Origin: a virus
Lineage: Duplodnaviria > Heunggongvirae > Uroviricota > Caudoviricetes
Strand: one strand, 5' to 3'
DNA: 24,397 bases
IMG/VR virus record: IMGVR_UViG_3300046518_000157
Span: 1 to 24,397 of that record
Shown here: positions 17,015 through 24,397 of the stretch, piece after piece
How positions within the stretch are numbered: position 1 is the stretch's first letter
Layout: every line of letters starts with the position of its first letter
The notes under the pieces: generated by a model
Database searches by the model: none
Seen by the model: the letters and a program-made list of their open reading frames with translations, nothing else
Told to the model about the DNA's origin: nothing
Position numbers and translations under genes: made by a program

Positions 17015-18049
17015 TATTTTGGTCTACCTCTTTACCCAGTATCTCCTCCTAATCAGCAAGCAGTAGTCACAATCGTCGGGAACACTACCCTTGGCGTTGG
17101 TGCAGCTACGTATGACAAACAGTTCATGATTACTGGTGCTGGCGGTTATACAATCACGCTTCCTTCACTTGATGGTGTGAATTTCCCATCCAAGTCATAC
17201 AGCATTTTCAATAGTAGCTCTGCTCTTTGCACAGTAAACTGCGCTGGTTCAGACACTGCACTTCTGCTTGGTTCAAGCTTTACTTCATTTTCTATTCTTC
17301 CCGGTGAACGTATTCTTGTTCAAAACATGGTTACGTCATGGATTGTAGCATTGGAGAGCGCTTCTAGAACTACGACTGCACCTCAATTTGATAGTACTAT
17401 TCGTAATGCAAGTACAGCTTGGGTTAGACAGTTTGGATTACAATACTCCGCAAATTTTGGAGTTTCTTCTAACGCTACTCTAACTGCAGCCCAAGTTGCT
17501 GGAGCGATTTGCAACATTCAAGGCAATAACATAACCGTAACTCTGCCCTTAACTTCTACAGCAGTTATTGGTACTAGAGTAGAATTTGTTAGTGGCGGAG
17601 GTACTAACACTATTCAACGGCAGGGCTCAGACGTTATTTCTACGAACTTTTCAAATAACGTTAACTCTATCGTTTTAAACGCTGGAGATTCAGCAACTTT
17701 GGTGTACATGGGTACTGGGCAATGGTACGTTGTAGGTGGATCAGTTCAGATTGGTTTATCTGGTTCGTTTCTGCCAAATTTTTCAAACAACGGTTTCCAA
17801 AAACTTCCTAGTGGATTGATAATGCAGTGGGGTTATAGCGCAGCAGTAGCGTTTAATACTACCACAATAGTAACCTTTCCTATTTCTTTTCCAACGCAAT
17901 GTATCGGAGTAACTGCTACTGCGTTTGGCGCGGCTGGAAATTATGCATCTCCTGAAGTTTTTAATAAGTCAACTACCAACTGTACCGTAGGTAACCCTAC
18001 TACTGGAAGTACCGCTACTGCTTACTTCGTTGTTGCAATTGGTAATTAA
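17009..18049 (+). CDS. Tail fibre / receptor-binding protein (paralog 2)
   Basis: Two tandem TITLP...GE/D...W.V domains, TTAPQFD...TAWVRQ, and a GFQKLPSGLIMQWG tip. Confidence 0.8.
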   Translation: MSYFGLPLYPVSPPNQQAVVTIVGNTTLGVGAATYDKQFMITGAGGYTITLPSLDGVNFPSKSYSIFNSSSALCTVNCAGSDTALLLGSSFTSFSILPGERILVQNMVTSWIVALESASRTTTAPQFDSTIRNASTAWVRQFGLQYSANFGVSSNATLTAAQVAGAICNIQGNNITVTLPLTSTAVIGTRVEFVSGGGTNTIQRQGSDVISTNFSNNVNSIVLNAGDSATLVYMGTGQWYVVGGSVQIGLSGSFLPNFSNNGFQKLPSGLIMQWGYSAAVAFNTTTIVTFPISFPTQCIGVTATAFGAAGNYASPEVFNKSTTNCTVGNPTTGSTATAYFVVAIGN

Positions 18050-18062
18050 GGAATAAATAAAA

Positions 18063-18821
18063 ATGGCACGTACAAGAAATTTAGGTAATTTGACTGATCT
18101 GCTTACTGCAGGGTCAACTTACGTCACAACAACTACTCCTCCGCAGTTTGACAATGGTACAAATTTGTCAACAACGGGTTTTGTGCAACGAGCACTTGGA
18201 AATTTTTCAGGGTATTTGAGCTTAGGGGTAAATACAGCGCTTACTGCGGCCCATGCCGGTTTTTTCATTACATGCGCTGGAACTACATTAACAATTACTT
18301 TGCCACAAGTTAGTACAATGGTAATTGGCTCTCAGATCACTATTTCTGCTGCAGGTGGTGCTACTGCATTGACTGTAGCAACGTTTGCTGGCGATACCTT
18401 AGTAGGAGCTAATAATCCTAATACAAGTATCTTGATGGGCGTGGACGAGTATTTAACTGCTATCGTTGTAGGTCCAACTTCATGGGTTGTAATTGGAAAT
18501 ACTCCTCGTATTTTGAGTCAAAATGCTATGTTTAGTACCTCACTTTTGTCAACAGCTGGCTTTCAAAAATTACCAAGTGGAGTTATTTTACAATGGGGAA
18601 ATGGAAACTATACCGCCCAGACAACTACAACTAGCAATTTTGCGATGACGTTTCCAAATAGCTGTTTGGCTACTTATGCAAGCTTGGGTTTTAACCTTTC
18701 ACTTACAACGAATAGCGTTGGTATAGGTATCCAGGCTATCAGCACTTCCCAATTTAAATTAACGGTACCTTCTGCAGGTGCCGGTACGACAGGGTGCTCC
18801 TGGCTTGCAATTGGTGTATAA
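18063..18821 (+). CDS. Short tail fibre / receptor-binding protein (paralog 3)
   Basis: TPPQFDNGTNLSTTGFVQRALG and GFQKLPSGVILQWG motifs. GGA upstream as a possible RBS. Confidence 0.8.
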   Translation: MARTRNLGNLTDLLTAGSTYVTTTTPPQFDNGTNLSTTGFVQRALGNFSGYLSLGVNTALTAAHAGFFITCAGTTLTITLPQVSTMVIGSQITISAAGGATALTVATFAGDTLVGANNPNTSILMGVDEYLTAIVVGPTSWVVIGNTPRILSQNAMFSTSLLSTAGFQKLPSGVILQWGNGNYTAQTTTTSNFAMTFPNSCLATYASLGFNLSLTTNSVGIGIQAISTSQFKLTVPSAGAGTTGCSWLAIGV

Positions 18822-18842
18822 CACTTTGTAACATTTCTCCTA

Positions 18843-18876
18843 TTGACGTTTCATCTAAAATCACCGTATAGGCAAC
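18843..18876 (+). promoter_or_regulatory. Candidate promoter TTGACG-N18-TATAGGCAAC upstream of the endolysin
   Basis: Near-consensus -35. The -10-like element lies inside the hairpin. Same geometry as 7052-7085. Confidence 0.4.
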
Positions 18877-18892
18877 TAGCGGTGATTTTTTT
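18857..18892 (+). terminator. Intrinsic terminator-like hairpin that also covers the endolysin RBS
   Basis: AAAATCACCG (18857-66) pairs with CGGTGATTTT (18880-89). Inner TAG-GCAA-CTA has a GNRA loop. A T7 run ends at the base before the ATG. Confidence 0.75.
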
Positions 18893-19432
18893 ATGATACT
18901 TACACAAGCACAACTCAAAACAATCGCTCCGACGATGAATCAAACTCGTCTGGACACGTTCACAGATCCAATCAATGAAACGTTGATTAAATACGGCATT
19001 ACTGAAATGCCAATCGTTGCTATGTTCATCGCTCAAGTCATGCATGAGAGCTGTGGATGTATCTATACGACAGAACTCGCTTCAGGACAAGCCTATGAAG
19101 GGCGTAAGGATCTAGGAAATACTCAGAAGGGTGACGGTGTGCTGTATAAGGGTCGAGGTCTAATCCAGGTTACAGGCAGATCTAATTACGCTGCAATGAC
19201 AATGGCTCTTGACCACGATTTTCTGTCTCACCCCACTGACTTAGCTTTGCCTGAATGGGCCGCACTATCAGCAGGACAATTCTGGAAGGATAAAAATCTT
19301 TCAGACTTGGCTCAGCCTAATACTGATGACGCCTTTTTAAAAGTAACCAAGCGAATTAATGGCGGCACTAATGGTCTGGCCGACAGACAAGCCTACTGGG
19401 CCCGTGCCAAGAAAGTCCTAGGAGTTAACTAA
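18893..19432 (+). CDS. Endolysin, glycoside hydrolase family 19 (chitinase-like lysozyme)
   Basis: AMFIAQVMHES, YEGRKDLGN...GDG..YKGRGLIQVTGRSNY and VTKRINGGTNGLADR. Confidence 0.95.
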   Translation: MILTQAQLKTIAPTMNQTRLDTFTDPINETLIKYGITEMPIVAMFIAQVMHESCGCIYTTELASGQAYEGRKDLGNTQKGDGVLYKGRGLIQVTGRSNYAAMTMALDHDFLSHPTDLALPEWAALSAGQFWKDKNLSDLAQPNTDDAFLKVTKRINGGTNGLADRQAYWARAKKVLGVN

Positions 19433-19435
19433 ACC

Positions 19436-19699
19436 ATGTTCTCAATCAAACAATTTCTTAAAGATCTAATCACAGAAAACGACGGCGTAAGCTTCTGTCC
19501 AGTCCGTATTCTATCAATGGGCCTCAGCGTTCCCACAGTAGTAATGTTCATTGCTGGCTACGCTGCAAGTATTTTCCAGGGTCATTTCGATGGCCAAAAC
19601 ATGGCACTTGCTTTCACTACCCTTTGTGGAGGCTTTGCAGCTATCGGTGCTGGTGTTGCTGCCAAGGCACTTACCGACACCGATATCACTAAGAAGTAA
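19436..19699 (+). CDS. Putative holin (2 TM)
   Basis: 87 aa with two hydrophobic segments and a basic C-terminus, between endolysin and spanins. Confidence 0.6.
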   Translation: MFSIKQFLKDLITENDGVSFCPVRILSMGLSVPTVVMFIAGYAASIFQGHFDGQNMALAFTTLCGGFAAIGAGVAAKALTDTDITKK

Positions 19700-19728
19700 T
19701 TGACAGCCGGGCCAGTGTGGAATAGACT
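19700..19728 (+). promoter_or_regulatory. Sigma70-type promoter TTGACA-N17-TAGACT upstream of the spanins
   Basis: Perfect -35 (19700-05), 17-nt spacer, and -10 with the conserved T-A-x-x-x-T (19723-28). Confidence 0.6.
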
Positions 19729-19751
19729 TCTCTTAATCAAGGGACAAACAT

Positions 19752-20168
19752 ATGTTTACATCATTTGCACTTATTAAGGCTTTCTTTTCGCACTGGCTTG
19801 GTATCACCATCGGCGTACTAGTACTAGTCTTGGCACTATTCTGCACCGTAGAGTATTTCCACATCAAGACGCTCAACACAACCATTGCTTCTCTAAATCA
19901 GAAGATTGGTTCCTCACAGGCTACTGCTGCTCAATTCGAATCTGCAGCCAGTGATTGTAGCGCCAACACAGACGCTCTAGCACAAGCTGAAGCTACTGCC
20001 ACTGCATCCGCTGCCGTTGCAGTAAGCGAAGCTACTGTCAAGGCTAAGACATTCACAAGCCACGCCAAAACGATTCTTGCTCAAAAGCCTACTGGTACAG
20101 ACGATTATGCCAATAGTAAAGCATTGATGGATCAATTAATCGATAATCGTCAAGCTAATCAACCGTAA
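19752..20168 (+). CDS. i-spanin (Rz-like)
   Basis: Single N-terminal TM followed by an Ala-rich coiled-coil region with a Cys; lysis cassette context. Confidence 0.8.
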   Translation: MFTSFALIKAFFSHWLGITIGVLVLVLALFCTVEYFHIKTLNTTIASLNQKIGSSQATAAQFESAASDCSANTDALAQAEATATASAAVAVSEATVKAKTFTSHAKTILAQKPTGTDDYANSKALMDQLIDNRQANQP

Positions 20169-20176
20169 GAGTCATC

Positions 20177-20455
20177 ATGAAAAAGTTAATCCTCATCGCA
20201 GCCATGCTCTTGTCTGGCTGTACCGTGTTTGGCGCTGCTCAACCCGAAGTCCAGTACGTTACCAAAGAAGTGAAAGTTCCTGTGACCATTAAGTGTGAGA
20301 AGCAAAATATCACTAAGCCTAAATATGTGTTTACACAGGCTAAAAAAGGCGACTTGCTTTATACCAACTTGGCCCTACTCGCTGCTGAGAACGACTACTT
20401 GATCGCATATACGGCTAAACTAGAAGCAGCGCTTAATGCTTGCACTAAACCATGA
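20177..20455 (+). CDS. o-spanin (Rz1-like outer-membrane lipoprotein), separate gene
   Basis: Signal peptide with lipobox LSGC (Cys15), two further Cys; follows the i-spanin after an 8-nt gap. Confidence 0.85.
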   Translation: MKKLILIAAMLLSGCTVFGAAQPEVQYVTKEVKVPVTIKCEKQNITKPKYVFTQAKKGDLLYTNLALLAAENDYLIAYTAKLEAALNACTKP

Positions 20456-20826
20456 CAAGAAACGTTACTCACTTTGAAATAACTGAAGGGACTGATTTTA
20501 CTCAGTCCTTTTTATATGTTGATCTCTCAACAGGCTTACCCATCGATCTGACTGACTACACAGCAGATATGAAGCTTAAGGAAAACATGAATGGCACTTA
20601 TGATGGCTATGCTAATGGTGCGTTCGTACTTGAGCTTTCAACTACGCTTGGCGGTATTACTCTTGGTGGAGATACTGGCCTAGTCACAGTTACGTTCACT
20701 GCTGAACAGACGACTAACGTTCTTTGGAACCGCGCTGTATATAACCTTGTTTTGACTTCTCCTCAGGGCAAACGTACTCCTTTCATGAACGGATTTGTAA
20801 CAATTCTTTCTGATACGGTGGCGTAA
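20452..20826 (+). CDS. Small beta-sandwich virion protein (BppU N-terminal-like)
   Basis: EITEGTDF...PIDLTDYTA.M..K...G.V.VT.TAEQT...YNLVLT pattern common in phage baseplate/fibre adaptors. Confidence 0.6.
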   Translation: MTRNVTHFEITEGTDFTQSFLYVDLSTGLPIDLTDYTADMKLKENMNGTYDGYANGAFVLELSTTLGGITLGGDTGLVTVTFTAEQTTNVLWNRAVYNLVLTSPQGKRTPFMNGFVTILSDTVA

Positions 20827-21146
20827 TGGCCCAAAAGCCAGTCTGCCGTATTGGAGATCAAGGCCAAGGAATCTGTCACCTCCATGCTTCTCCTACTCCC
20901 TACACTACTACTTTCATTAGTAATCCAGGCACTACTGTTACTGCTGATGGATTAGTCGTTTGCACAATCGGCGCTATTGGCAACGCTACGTGCGGACACC
21001 AAACAATTGCTACGACTGGCTCTGGGCTTAGTCAAGACATTAACGGCAATGCTTTCCACCGTGTCGGAGACCAAGGACATATTATTGGTGATGCCGCTGG
21101 AATTTACACTGCAACTACTGGCTCGGGCATAGTTAGTTCCGAGTAA
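20826..21146 (+). CDS. PAAR-like spike-tip protein
   Basis: Three repeats (VCRIGD, VCTIGA, FHRVGD) with CHLH and CGH metal-ligand candidates; 106 aa. Confidence 0.75.
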   Translation: MAQKPVCRIGDQGQGICHLHASPTPYTTTFISNPGTTVTADGLVVCTIGAIGNATCGHQTIATTGSGLSQDINGNAFHRVGDQGHIIGDAAGIYTATTGSGIVSSE

Positions 21147-21150
21147 AATA

Positions 21151-21173
21151 GAGGTATCTTTCCAGGATACCTC
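21151..21173 (+). promoter_or_regulatory. Perfect 8-bp hairpin ending 3 nt before the ATG at 21177
   Basis: GAGGTATC (21151-58) pairs with GATACCTC (21166-73). No U-tract. AGGA at 21164-67 lies in the loop and 3' arm. Confidence 0.55.
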
Positions 21174-21176
21174 ATC

Positions 21177-21398
21177 ATGGCTTTTACATCAGCTTCTACC
21201 GACGCAACCATTGAGTTAGTATTTGACTCAACTGGTTCTCAACTAATCAGTCCGTCTTCTCTAGCTCATACATACGGCTACGACGGCTCAAACAATCTTA
21301 TCACAGACACCATTACAGACGGTGTCAACACTTGGGTCAAGACCTATACTTATACCGGCAGTAACTTGACTGGCGAAAGCGCTTGGGTGAAGCAATGA
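21177..21398 (+). CDS. YD/RHS-repeat-like microprotein (73 aa)
   Basis: HTYGYDGSNNLITDT...KTYTYTGSNLTGES. ATGA-coupled to the SGNH gene. Confidence 0.6.
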   Translation: MAFTSASTDATIELVFDSTGSQLISPSSLAHTYGYDGSNNLITDTITDGVNTWVKTYTYTGSNLTGESAWVKQ

Positions 21399-22678
21399 GT
21401 CTAGGTCTAGGCGAATTTAAAAAGCTTCTTAAGCTTGCTGGAGTTGGTAGTTCTTCAGGTGGTGGCTCTACTACACCTCCGGGGCAAACAGTTCGTAACA
21501 TTGCAACTCGTTGCCGTCAGAACTATCAAACCGTAGCTTCTGTTCAAGCTATGAAGTCAAAATCACAGCATACTAATATGGGCGACCATATTCTTGCAGC
21601 CGATGGCGTTCAAATCGTAGTTGGTAACTGGTACGCTAATAACACTGGTGAGTTTTCTGGCCCGGCTACATCAACTGAGATGATCTCTATTGAGTACCCT
21701 CAAGGCGTATACAAACTAGCAACATTTGGCGGAAATCAATCAACAACATGTGCTGCTGGATCTAATGTAACAACCGACGCTATTAAACTAGCTATTCCAA
21801 AGGGTGCTACATTCTGGGTTCACCGTTGGCAGACATTTCCATCAGCAGTGAGTATTCCTGTTTCAGCAAACGCTGTTACTATTTCTACCTTTGATGTTGC
21901 AACTCAATACAGCGCTGCGCAATTAGCTGCACTTACTGTTGATCCTCGTTCATTCCTAACTGGTATGACTGCAAGTGGTGGCACAGCGGGCGGTGCATGG
22001 ACTATGTATCCTCTGGCCGTCCTTGGTAAGTCTTCAGTGCCTAGCGTAATCGGATATGGGGATAGCCGTATGTCTGGTCGTTCAGATGCTCAAAGTACTC
22101 TGACTACAGCTGCAGACTTTGGCTATTTCGGTATGGGGGAAGTGTTCCGCTCTATTGGCCACTTATTGCCGTATACTAACTGTGGCTGTGAAACAGATAC
22201 GATTCAACAGTTCAATGCATTTCCTACATTCCGTAGTAATTTGGCTCAATACCACACCCACGTTCATTTCGAATATGGTGTTAACGATCTTACAGCAGGC
22301 CGTACAGCCGCAGTTATTCAAGCAGCGCTTCAGGCTGGGTACGCATTGTTTCCGACTAAGAAGATTTCTCAGTCAACGATTCCTCCTGTAACTGCCAGTA
22401 CAGATACTTGGCTTACCCTAGCTAACCAGACTACAGCAGGTACTAATCCACAACGTGTTATTCTAAATAACTGGATTCGTACTAAACCAAGTCCACTCTG
22501 GGCTTACTTTGAAGTAGCAGATGCTGTAGAATCAGCTCGTGATAGTGGGTTGTGGAAAGCCCCTACTGGATCAACAGGTATCTATAGCCCTGTTACTGGC
22601 GACGGTACACACGAAACTCCATACGGATATAGCCTTATTCAGCTTTCGAACGCCATCGATCCAACACTCTTCGTCTAA
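21395..22678 (+). CDS. SGNH/GDSL esterase, probably virion-associated
   Basis: Block I GYGDS, block III YGVNDL, block V DGTH. Start moved from TTG 21383 to the ATG at 21395 (ATGA overlap). Confidence 0.85.
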   Translation: MSLGLGEFKKLLKLAGVGSSSGGGSTTPPGQTVRNIATRCRQNYQTVASVQAMKSKSQHTNMGDHILAADGVQIVVGNWYANNTGEFSGPATSTEMISIEYPQGVYKLATFGGNQSTTCAAGSNVTTDAIKLAIPKGATFWVHRWQTFPSAVSIPVSANAVTISTFDVATQYSAAQLAALTVDPRSFLTGMTASGGTAGGAWTMYPLAVLGKSSVPSVIGYGDSRMSGRSDAQSTLTTAADFGYFGMGEVFRSIGHLLPYTNCGCETDTIQQFNAFPTFRSNLAQYHTHVHFEYGVNDLTAGRTAAVIQAALQAGYALFPTKKISQSTIPPVTASTDTWLTLANQTTAGTNPQRVILNNWIRTKPSPLWAYFEVADAVESARDSGLWKAPTGSTGIYSPVTGDGTHETPYGYSLIQLSNAIDPTLFV

Positions 22679-22687
22679 AGGACAAAC

Positions 22688-23191
22688 ATGTTTCTCATTC
22701 TGTACCCGTTCTACGCAATTGCATCGCTTCTGTTTGTAGTTGTTACGATGATCTTTGCACCGCTTATCGCTAAGTTCGTAGATGCTGAAGGCAATCTTCC
22801 TAAATGGCTCTCATGGTTTCAAACCTTTGATGCAACGTTATTTGAAGGTCGTCAGCCTCAGTATGGATTTACGGGTACTGATGAGGAAGTAGCTACGAAA
22901 TGGCTACGTCGTAATCCTGGCTACACGTTTGATTACGAGCCTCTTGGCGTAGCCTGGGATAAGACTCAGTGGACTGCAACGTTTGTAAAGACTCAAGACG
23001 GGACTACGCGTTTTTTCGCTAAAGGCCCTAACGGTCAATTCAACTATGAATACGGCGGTAAGCATCTTCAAGTTAAGCTAGGCTGGAAAGCGTTTAATCT
23101 GTACAATGCTGATACTGGCACTTACAGAGATGGCAATTGGGGCCCTCTACCTAGAATCCCAGTTTGCTTCACGATCAAGCCAGTGCTGTAA
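22688..23191 (+). CDS. Phage hypothetical protein with an N-terminal TM segment
   Basis: AAGGA RBS, hydrophobic aa1-27, and LPKWLSWFQT.D and KWLRRNPGY motifs recalled from phage hypotheticals. Confidence 0.6.
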   Translation: MFLILYPFYAIASLLFVVVTMIFAPLIAKFVDAEGNLPKWLSWFQTFDATLFEGRQPQYGFTGTDEEVATKWLRRNPGYTFDYEPLGVAWDKTQWTATFVKTQDGTTRFFAKGPNGQFNYEYGGKHLQVKLGWKAFNLYNADTGTYRDGNWGPLPRIPVCFTIKPVL

Positions 23192-23217
23192 AATAAAAAC
23201 ACAACTTTAGAAGAATT

Positions 23218-23667
23218 ATGAGCTTAGTAACCTTTAACACTGTTAGATTCTACACCCAGGACGATGTGTACCACTACACGGCAGATAATCGTCCCCTCCA
23301 AGACTTAGCGTCTAATGATACTTTGCTCCAAGAGGCTATTGATACTGTAAATGATTCCGTTTCTAACTTGGCTACAGTAGTAGTTTCTCCTGGCGATGTC
23401 AATGTCGTAGTAGTAGAAGCGCCTAACACTTTGGTCTATTACACTACTGCTATAACGGCAACTCGTACGGTCACTATGCCGAACATCACAGATAGCAATG
23501 TTTGTACTGTTAGGGTTACGAGGGCTTCAACGTCTACTGGCTCATTTTCTATCAGTATCAAACAGCCTGGCGGTGCCAACATTAAAAGCCTTTCCTCAGC
23601 AGGGACTTGGGCTGATTTCATGTATACAGGTTCAGCGTGGATTCAAACAGCAGCAGGAAGTCTATAA
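23218..23667 (+). CDS. Hypothetical structural protein (149 aa)
   Basis: RFYTQDDVYHYTADNRPLQDL N-terminus followed by a fibre-like TAITATRTVTMP...W domain. Last gene before the terminator. Confidence 0.55.
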   Translation: MSLVTFNTVRFYTQDDVYHYTADNRPLQDLASNDTLLQEAIDTVNDSVSNLATVVVSPGDVNVVVVEAPNTLVYYTTAITATRTVTMPNITDSNVCTVRVTRASTSTGSFSISIKQPGGANIKSLSSAGTWADFMYTGSAWIQTAAGSL

Positions 23668-23682
23668 CAGCTTTGATAAGCT

Positions 23683-23717
23683 AAAAAAAGCCACGCTAGA
23701 AACGTGGCTTTTTCTTT
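23683..23717. terminator. Bidirectional intrinsic terminator between convergent genes
   Basis: AAAAAGCCACG (23685-95), 7-nt loop, CGTGGCTTTTT (23703-13), with A and T tracts on both sides. Confidence 0.9.
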
Positions 23718-23718
23718 G

Positions 23719-24291
23719 TTACTTACCTGTCTTTTTTCTCATCGCTTTGAACTTCGGCACTAGCTTGTGCCAGATATCTGTCAACTCAGCTACATCATTC
23801 ATGATGGATACGACTGGATGATCTTCAATAGAGATGTTCTTCTTAGGCTCGACCGTGACTCTGACGTCTACCTCTTGAGGCTTACTCTGAGTAATAGGCC
23901 CGTCAGGTTCGAACTTCAATACAGGCTTTGGCTTGTTTTCTTCTGGTACAGGGAATGGCTTGTAAAAGTTCTGATATGTATTCTGGACAAGCTTAGGCGG
24001 ATCTTCTCTAACCGGCTCTGGTTCTGGCTCAATCTCAGGTTCTTCATCACTAATACAATCCATCTCGTATTCGTCTAATGCATCTTCAGCCTGTTCAAGG
24101 TTATCTACATCAAACGTCAACTGCCCGTCCATATCCGGATGGCATAAAACGATTTGATGAGTGTTATGTTTTGATACATCAGCCATGACTTCTAATTCGA
24201 TCATGACCTTGACACGTTTAAGGTGCAGAGGAAAGAGTTCTTTCTCTTCCTCCTTATCTTCATAATATCGTTGATGCCAATCGTCGTGCAT
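23719..24291 (-). CDS. Hypothetical protein (190 aa), acidic with a Pro/Glu-rich linker
   Basis: Long ORF on the - strand, TAAATG-coupled to the upstream partial gene, ending next to the terminator. Confidence 0.7.
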   Translation of the reverse strand: MHDDWHQRYYEDKEEEKELFPLHLKRVKVMIELEVMADVSKHNTHQIVLCHPDMDGQLTFDVDNLEQAEDALDEYEMDCISDEEPEIEPEPEPVREDPPKLVQNTYQNFYKPFPVPEENKPKPVLKFEPDGPITQSKPQEVDVRVTVEPKKNISIEDHPVVSIMNDVAELTDIWHKLVPKFKAMRKKTGK

Positions 24292-24396
24292 TTACTTGCC
24301 TTTTAGTACTGGATCCCAAACTGCGTCATAGACTTGCTTGTACTTCTCATCTAAGAGACTCTCAAGCTCTGCTTTAAAAGTGTCGCTTGCAGGATT
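24292..24396 (-). CDS. 3' end of a gene that starts beyond the window
   Basis: Manual translation gives NPASDTFKAELESLLDEKYKQVYDAVWDPVLKGK*, open to the window edge. Its stop abuts the next ATG. Confidence 0.6.
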   Translation of the reverse strand, partial: NPASDTFKAELESLLDEKYKQVYDAVWDPVLKGK

Positions 24397-24397
24397 A

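Noticed and set aside
13707-18821. Diversity-generating retroelement or invertible shufflon among the fibre genes
   Set aside because: No reverse transcriptase or invertase, no long template/variable repeat pair with A-specific mismatches, and all cassettes are in the same orientation.
21383-21394. TTG start of the SGNH gene
   Set aside because: The ATGA overlap at 21395-21398 matches the coupling used elsewhere in the window.
21360-21430. Programmed frameshift fusing the YD protein to the SGNH enzyme
   Set aside because: The only slippery-looking run (TTTAAAAAG near 21417) lies after the upstream stop. Simple ATGA coupling is sufficient.
23498-24078. + strand ORFs 23498..23821 and 23767..24078
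   Set aside because: They cross the terminator or lie antisense to the 190-aa gene, and have no RBS or motif.
1-24397. Stop-codon reassignment (TAG or TGA read as sense)
   Set aside because: The standard code already gives long, tightly abutting genes of expected size, and no gene looks broken at TAG or TGA.
1-24397. CRISPR array, tRNA/rRNA, intron, intein or IS element
   Set aside because: No regularly spaced repeats, cloverleaf, homing-endonuclease, intein or transposase motifs were seen, and intergenic gaps are at most about 70 nt.

Overview
A gene-dense window, almost entirely on the + strand, from a large, probably jumbo-type contractile-tailed phage (myovirus). The spanins imply a Gram-negative host. 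Gene order: baseplate/hub genes (1-12216), tail fibre and fibre-assembly genes (12220-15593), a permuted NlpC/P60 enzyme and two 3-TM holin-like proteins, two more tail-fibre paralogs, GH19 endolysin, holin, i- and o-spanin, then a second accessory structural cluster (PAAR-like spike tip, YD-like microprotein, SGNH esterase). A bidirectional terminator (23685-23713) ends the module and faces convergent - strand genes. Three things stand out. (1) Two transcription-related genes sit inside the baseplate operon: a 283-aa protein carrying an isolated RNA polymerase beta' (RpoC) four-Cys zinc module fused to a virion-type beta domain, and a divergent sigma-70-family factor that is TAATG-coupled to its neighbours. 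(2) The same spaced motif lies at an identical distance from the ATG in the two largest gaps of the + strand block, a candidate phage-sigma promoter. (3) Several RNA hairpins cover translation starts, including a 1:2 versus 2:3 switch with a 6-codon mini-ORF and a T4 gene e-like hairpin over the endolysin RBS. Family assignments come from motif recognition by eye, and no database search was run.
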